64,000 nt of DNA, taken from Bacteroidota bacterium. Its GTDB lineage: Bacteria; Bacteroidota; Ignavibacteria; Kapaibacteriales; UBA2268. The notes under the pieces were generated by a model that did no database searches, was not told where the DNA came from, and saw only the letters and a program-made list of their open reading frames with translations. The stretch covers positions 1,460-65,459 of the forward strand of contig JARKQC010000227.1 of assembly GCA_029974985.1 (NCBI GenBank), written 5' to 3'. Position 1 is the stretch's first letter, and every line of letters starts with the position of its first letter. Made by a program: the position numbers and the translations under genes. Shown here piece after piece: positions 60,070 to 64,000 of the stretch.

Positions 60070-63000
60070 TTATATAACACAGTAATTTCCTTCGATTAAT
60101 TTTGTTTGATTAATATTCAAATACCTTACTAATAATCCATATCTTTGGTCGAATTCAAATCCGCGTTTTAGATAAAAATTCTTTAAATAAAAATGAGCTT
60201 TAACGTATTCATAGCCTTTCGATGCCATTCGCGAACAAAAATCTTCGAGCATTGCAGTACCAAGTCCGCGATTTTTCATCGAAGAAATTATAATTCCACC
60301 ATCAATTAATACTGAACTCTGGTCAAGTTTGCGATAGCATAATCCACCAATAATTCTATCAATACTATCTGTTAAAATGTAATGCTCATCTAATTCAGAA
60401 ACTGTTTTTGGATAATTTTCTTTAAAGAAAATTCGATAAAGCATACCAATTTCCGATACATTTGCGGCTTCTCTAAATGTATAGATTTCGCCAGAACTAT
60501 CTTTAATGAATGATTTAATTACTATACTGCTTAATTTATCTGTGCCCGTTTGCTCAATTTTCATTTCGGGCATAATACCGCGTGGAAATAGCATTCTTGT
60601 GAATACAAGCATATCTTCGGGTGATTCGATTAATGATTGCAATTCTGTAATTTCAATTAATTGAGTTGCTCTTTCATCTTTATTTCGATACAAGCGATTT
60701 ACAATATCATTAAACTTATTTTGAATTTCTTTAACCGAATCTTTAAAATATGTATTTTTATAAATATAAAATCTATCAGCTTCATTTTTAATATTTATAT
60801 TATATAAACCAATAATTTCGTTAATTGCTTGTTCTTTAGCTTCACGTGTAGCGTTTTGAGTTGATTTTTCCCAATCCTTATATCTTTCGATTGCATTGGA
60901 TATTTTAAGCCAAATATAATATTTGCTTTCTAAATTATTAATAAATTCAGATATTTTTGTATTAAATTCAAGATATGAATTATTATTAAAGTGCTGAATT
61001 TCATTAGATAAATTTGTTAAAAACTGTTTTCCATCTTCAATACCGAGCGCCTCTACACAGGCATTACATATCCATTTTGTATCGAGAATTGATTCGAGCC
61101 AAGGATAATGAATAATAGTTTTTTTATAAAAATTATGAATAATAGCATCAAAAAATTGCAGTGGATTTGTATATTTTTTCCAACCATTAATTGAATTTAT
61201 AAGCGTACTTTCACGAAAATCGAGTTCGGGAATTATTACATTATTTGGTGAAATAACTCCTGGTAAAATATTTTTACCTGAATTATGCCAACCTCTGAAA
61301 AATGCTGAAATACCAAGAATATAATATTTCTTTATTATATCGAATTTAATTTTTTGTGAACTCGATATTCTTTGAGAAGATAATTCTCTAATTTTTGCCC
61401 ATAGAGATAACTCACCAAAATATTCAAATGACCATGCGCTTAATTCGGGGCGATAAGCACCGAGTTTTGCTAATACTCTATAACCATAGGGATAACCCGA
61501 AATCGAGACGTGTTGCAAAATCGTATTTAATACATCTTCGTCGTTATCTTCGTTATTAATAAAGAATTGCACATCATAGCGACGGTTATTTTTCATTGCC
61601 AATACAATTCTATAGTGCATTACTGACGAACCCGAATTTAGTTTTGAAATCCAGGCACTCTTATCTTTTACTTCTGAAATAAGAAAATCATTTTCATCAA
61701 AAATCAGCAATATTGATTGTCTTAAAAATGCTTTATTAACAAGAATTGAATTTATTATCGCTTTTTCCTTCGAGCTTATTCCATCGTCATAAACTAATTT
61801 ACTTTCCCAAATTTCATCAGAAAATTTTTCTGTCGTCTCGTCGAGCATTTTTTCATAAAATACGTGCATTTGTTTAAAATACTCTGCCGCTGCATAAGAA
61901 ATTTTTGGATTTTTGTCAAACAACATCCACGAAATTAATTCATATCGAACCGAAGTATAATATTCGTAATTATTCTTTAAGAAATCAAATAATAATTGAA
62001 AAATTTTCGAAAATTGATACACTGAATTATCATCGTCTTTCAAATCCACCATCATACGATAGGAAAGCAATCTTTTTCTAAGTGATTCAAGTCTTCTCAC
62101 CTCAAATTTACTACTTGCTATTTCTTGAATTGATTTTTCATTCAAAAACGATAATCCAGATTTAATAAAAGCGGGAAAAGCCTTGCTATAATCTGGGCTT
62201 GGCTCATCGAGCAACAAAATTCTATATGCTGTGCATCTAATATCCTCAGCGGGGTGTCTTGCAAGAGATTCTAAACGCTTTCTAATTATTCCAATATTCT
62301 TATAAGCATTATTTGCAAGAAATCTACTAAGCTGAACAAGTGAATCCTTAGCTATCTCGATAGTGCCGAAAAATATATCACAGAATAATTTATTTAACTC
62401 GATAAGTGTTGTATTTATGCTACTTGGAAAAGTTTGTCTTAAATTATTATAATCCTCCGAAATGGGTTCGTAAGGCAAAAATACATTCTCGGAAATACCT
62501 TCAAAAAAAGTATCCCAACCTTCTTTTATTGGGCAGAAATTAATTAAATTTGGATTCCCCGACCACAATTTTGGCTGACGGCAAATAGTACCTAAATTAA
62601 TTACTTTTGAATTAATTTCATAAATTAAATCACCAATTAAAAATTGATTTTCTATATTAGTTTTTTTAATATTTAATTTTGTATTATTTATATCATTTAA
62701 TAAATATCCATTATTTAACGAAATATCGGATTCGAGAATTCCTAAATCTCGAATAAACCAATGTGGAATTCTAATAATATGATTTTCAAAATTAAAATCT
62801 AAATATTTTTTTTCATATAATATATCAATTTCATTTGCAAAATTTCTTTCAATATTCTTTCTATTATATGAATTTTTAGGAGTTAGTTCCCCTTTTTCGT
62901 GCGAAAAATCTCTATCGAGTATCGTATAATTTACAATTCTTTCGTAAGGAGCAAGTTCTAAATTTGCTTTTAAAATAATCAAATTAAAATAATCATCAAT

Positions 63001-64000
63001 TTCTTCTTTTGGCTTGCTCATAATAATCTCTTCATCTAAATCGGGAATTATGAAAAGAGTATTATATGGTCTTCCATCACCAACAAGAAATGTTCTTTTT
63101 ATACCCGGAACGCCTTCAAATTTATTTTCAATATTTTTGGGCGATACAGTCTGCCCTCGATTATTTTTATAAATATCTTTAACTCTATCTATAATTTCAT
63201 AGAATCCATCGCTATCAGCACGAAATACATCACCCGTTGAAATAATATATTGTTTCTCGTCGGGATATGGAATATGTGAATATGGCGTTGCATCTTCGAG
63301 ATAATATGCAACATAATGACCGCTAATTTCGAGAACTCCATCATCATTAATTGTAGTTGTTACACCGGGCAAAGGTTTCCCCACTGTTCCTTCTCGATAA
63401 TTATAAGGTGGCGTCATAGTAATGCCACCTGTTGCCTCTGTCATACCGAAACCACTTGATAACTCAACACCATTTTTACTAAAAAATATAAATACTTTGG
63501 GGTCTAAATATCCAGCGGCGGAAAGCCCCCATTTAAGTCGCGAGCCAACAAGAGATCTAAAAATTGTTTTTAATTCATTCGTATTACTAACATCACTCAT
63601 TAATTCGCTTGCTTTTTCGTATAATTGATTCCATCTTAGCGGAATACTAATAAATATACTTGGTTCAATTTTTGGAAATAGTTGTAATAATGTATCACTT
63701 GAAGTATTTCCAGCGAATACATAAGTAGCACGCCAATATATACTTCCTAATAATTCAAGATATCTACCAAATGTGTGATAAAGCGGTAAATAACAGAGAA
63801 AGACCTCATCATCACCAATTTCTGGTAAAGCGGCGGCACGAGCAAAACGTTTTGTTATCAAATTATACATTGTAAAAGATAGTCCCTTTGGCATACCCGT
63901 ACTACCCGAGGTAAACATTACCGTGCAAACTTGATTTACATCCATTATTTCACGTTTAGATAAAATGTTATCAACTTCTTTCATATTAAATTTAGTTTCA
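60070..64000 (-). CDS. Giant multidomain protein: AMP-forming acyl-CoA synthetase domain, ~750-aa unknown region, C-terminal GNAT acetyltransferase; N-terminus beyond the window
   Basis: The frame stays open to the window edge (in-window ATG at 63984). Adenylation motifs TSGSTGMPKG, SGFGMTEATG, TGDVFRADSDGFYEIIDRVKD. C-terminal GNAT motif SMKNRGLGTAMLEDF. Confidence 0.8.
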   Translation of the reverse strand, partial: ETKFNMKEVDNILSKREIMDVNQVCTVMFTSGSTGMPKGLSFTMYNLITKRFARAAALPEIGDDEVFLCYLPLYHTFGRYLELLGSIYWRATYVFAGNTSSDTLLQLFPKIEPSIFISIPLRWNQLYEKASELMSDVSNTNELKTIFRSLVGSRLKWGLSAAGYLDPKVFIFFSKNGVELSSGFGMTEATGGITMTPPYNYREGTVGKPLPGVTTTINDDGVLEISGHYVAYYLEDATPYSHIPYPDEKQYIISTGDVFRADSDGFYEIIDRVKDIYKNNRGQTVSPKNIENKFEGVPGIKRTFLVGDGRPYNTLFIIPDLDEEIIMSKPKEEIDDYFNLIILKANLELAPYERIVNYTILDRDFSHEKGELTPKNSYNRKNIERNFANEIDILYEKKYLDFNFENHIIRIPHWFIRDLGILESDISLNNGYLLNDINNTKLNIKKTNIENQFLIGDLIYEINSKVINLGTICRQPKLWSGNPNLINFCPIKEGWDTFFEGISENVFLPYEPISEDYNNLRQTFPSSINTTLIELNKLFCDIFFGTIEIAKDSLVQLSRFLANNAYKNIGIIRKRLESLARHPAEDIRCTAYRILLLDEPSPDYSKAFPAFIKSGLSFLNEKSIQEIASSKFEVRRLESLRKRLLSYRMMVDLKDDDNSVYQFSKIFQLLFDFLKNNYEYYTSVRYELISWMLFDKNPKISYAAAEYFKQMHVFYEKMLDETTEKFSDEIWESKLVYDDGISSKEKAIINSILVNKAFLRQSILLIFDENDFLISEVKDKSAWISKLNSGSSVMHYRIVLAMKNNRRYDVQFFINNEDNDEDVLNTILQHVSISGYPYGYRVLAKLGAYRPELSAWSFEYFGELSLWAKIRELSSQRISSSQKIKFDIIKKYYILGISAFFRGWHNSGKNILPGVISPNNVIIPELDFRESTLINSINGWKKYTNPLQFFDAIIHNFYKKTIIHYPWLESILDTKWICNACVEALGIEDGKQFLTNLSNEIQHFNNNSYLEFNTKISEFINNLESKYYIWLKISNAIERYKDWEKSTQNATREAKEQAINEIIGLYNINIKNEADRFYIYKNTYFKDSVKEIQNKFNDIVNRLYRNKDERATQLIEITELQSLIESPEDMLVFTRMLFPRGIMPEMKIEQTGTDKLSSIVIKSFIKDSSGEIYTFREAANVSEIGMLYRIFFKENYPKTVSELDEHYILTDSIDRIIGGLCYRKLDQSSVLIDGGIIISSMKNRGLGTAMLEDFCSRMASKGYEYVKAHFYLKNFYLKRGFEFDQRYGLLVRYLNINQTKLIEGNYCVI

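Overview
Visibly AT-rich chromosomal window with no recognisable prophage, integrase, transposase, CRISPR-cas or restriction genes. Gene content suggests an FCB-group bacterium, Ignavibacteria- or Bacteroidota-like: T9SS porU-porV, several Por-type C-terminal sorting domains and DUF1573. GGAGG/AAGGAG Shine-Dalgarno sites sit upstream of rpoB and rpoC. Content, left to right: an RSH (RelA/SpoT) protein; a tetR-tolC-MFP-RND-DUF2141 efflux operon; a PspC plus toast-rack membrane pair; M48 and M14 peptidases; acyl-CoA dehydrogenase; DUF1573; ricT(PSP1)-holB; a fused 2-oxoacid dehydrogenase E1 alpha/beta; monomeric isocitrate dehydrogenase; an orphan 167-aa ORF; a TPR protein; tryptophanase; porU-porV; an OmpR-type two-component system; citrate synthase; the conserved tRNA(Tyr-Gly-Thr-Trp)-secE-nusG-rplKAJL-rpoBC block; a CDF transporter; a putative OM barrel; an S9 peptidase; a cupin; a GNAT-like protein; uvrC; and a giant acyl-CoA-synthetase...GNAT fusion that runs off the window edge. 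The most interesting non-coding signal is a family of short GC-richer palindromic modules (GTTGTCCTACA-, GATGTCCAACA-, CAACGGGGCATGCCCCGTTG-, CAAGCAAGAATGCTT- and CATTCTGAG/CTCAGAATG-type). They are assembled in different combinations in four intergenic regions between convergent genes, plus one copy at the window edge. They show conserved linkers and compensatory arm substitutions, resembling a REP/BIME- or MITE-like mosaic system. Other points: two terminator-like hairpins in the rplL-rpoB leader, tuf absent from its usual slot between tRNA-Thr and tRNA-Trp, and an RSH protein whose synthetase motifs look degenerate.
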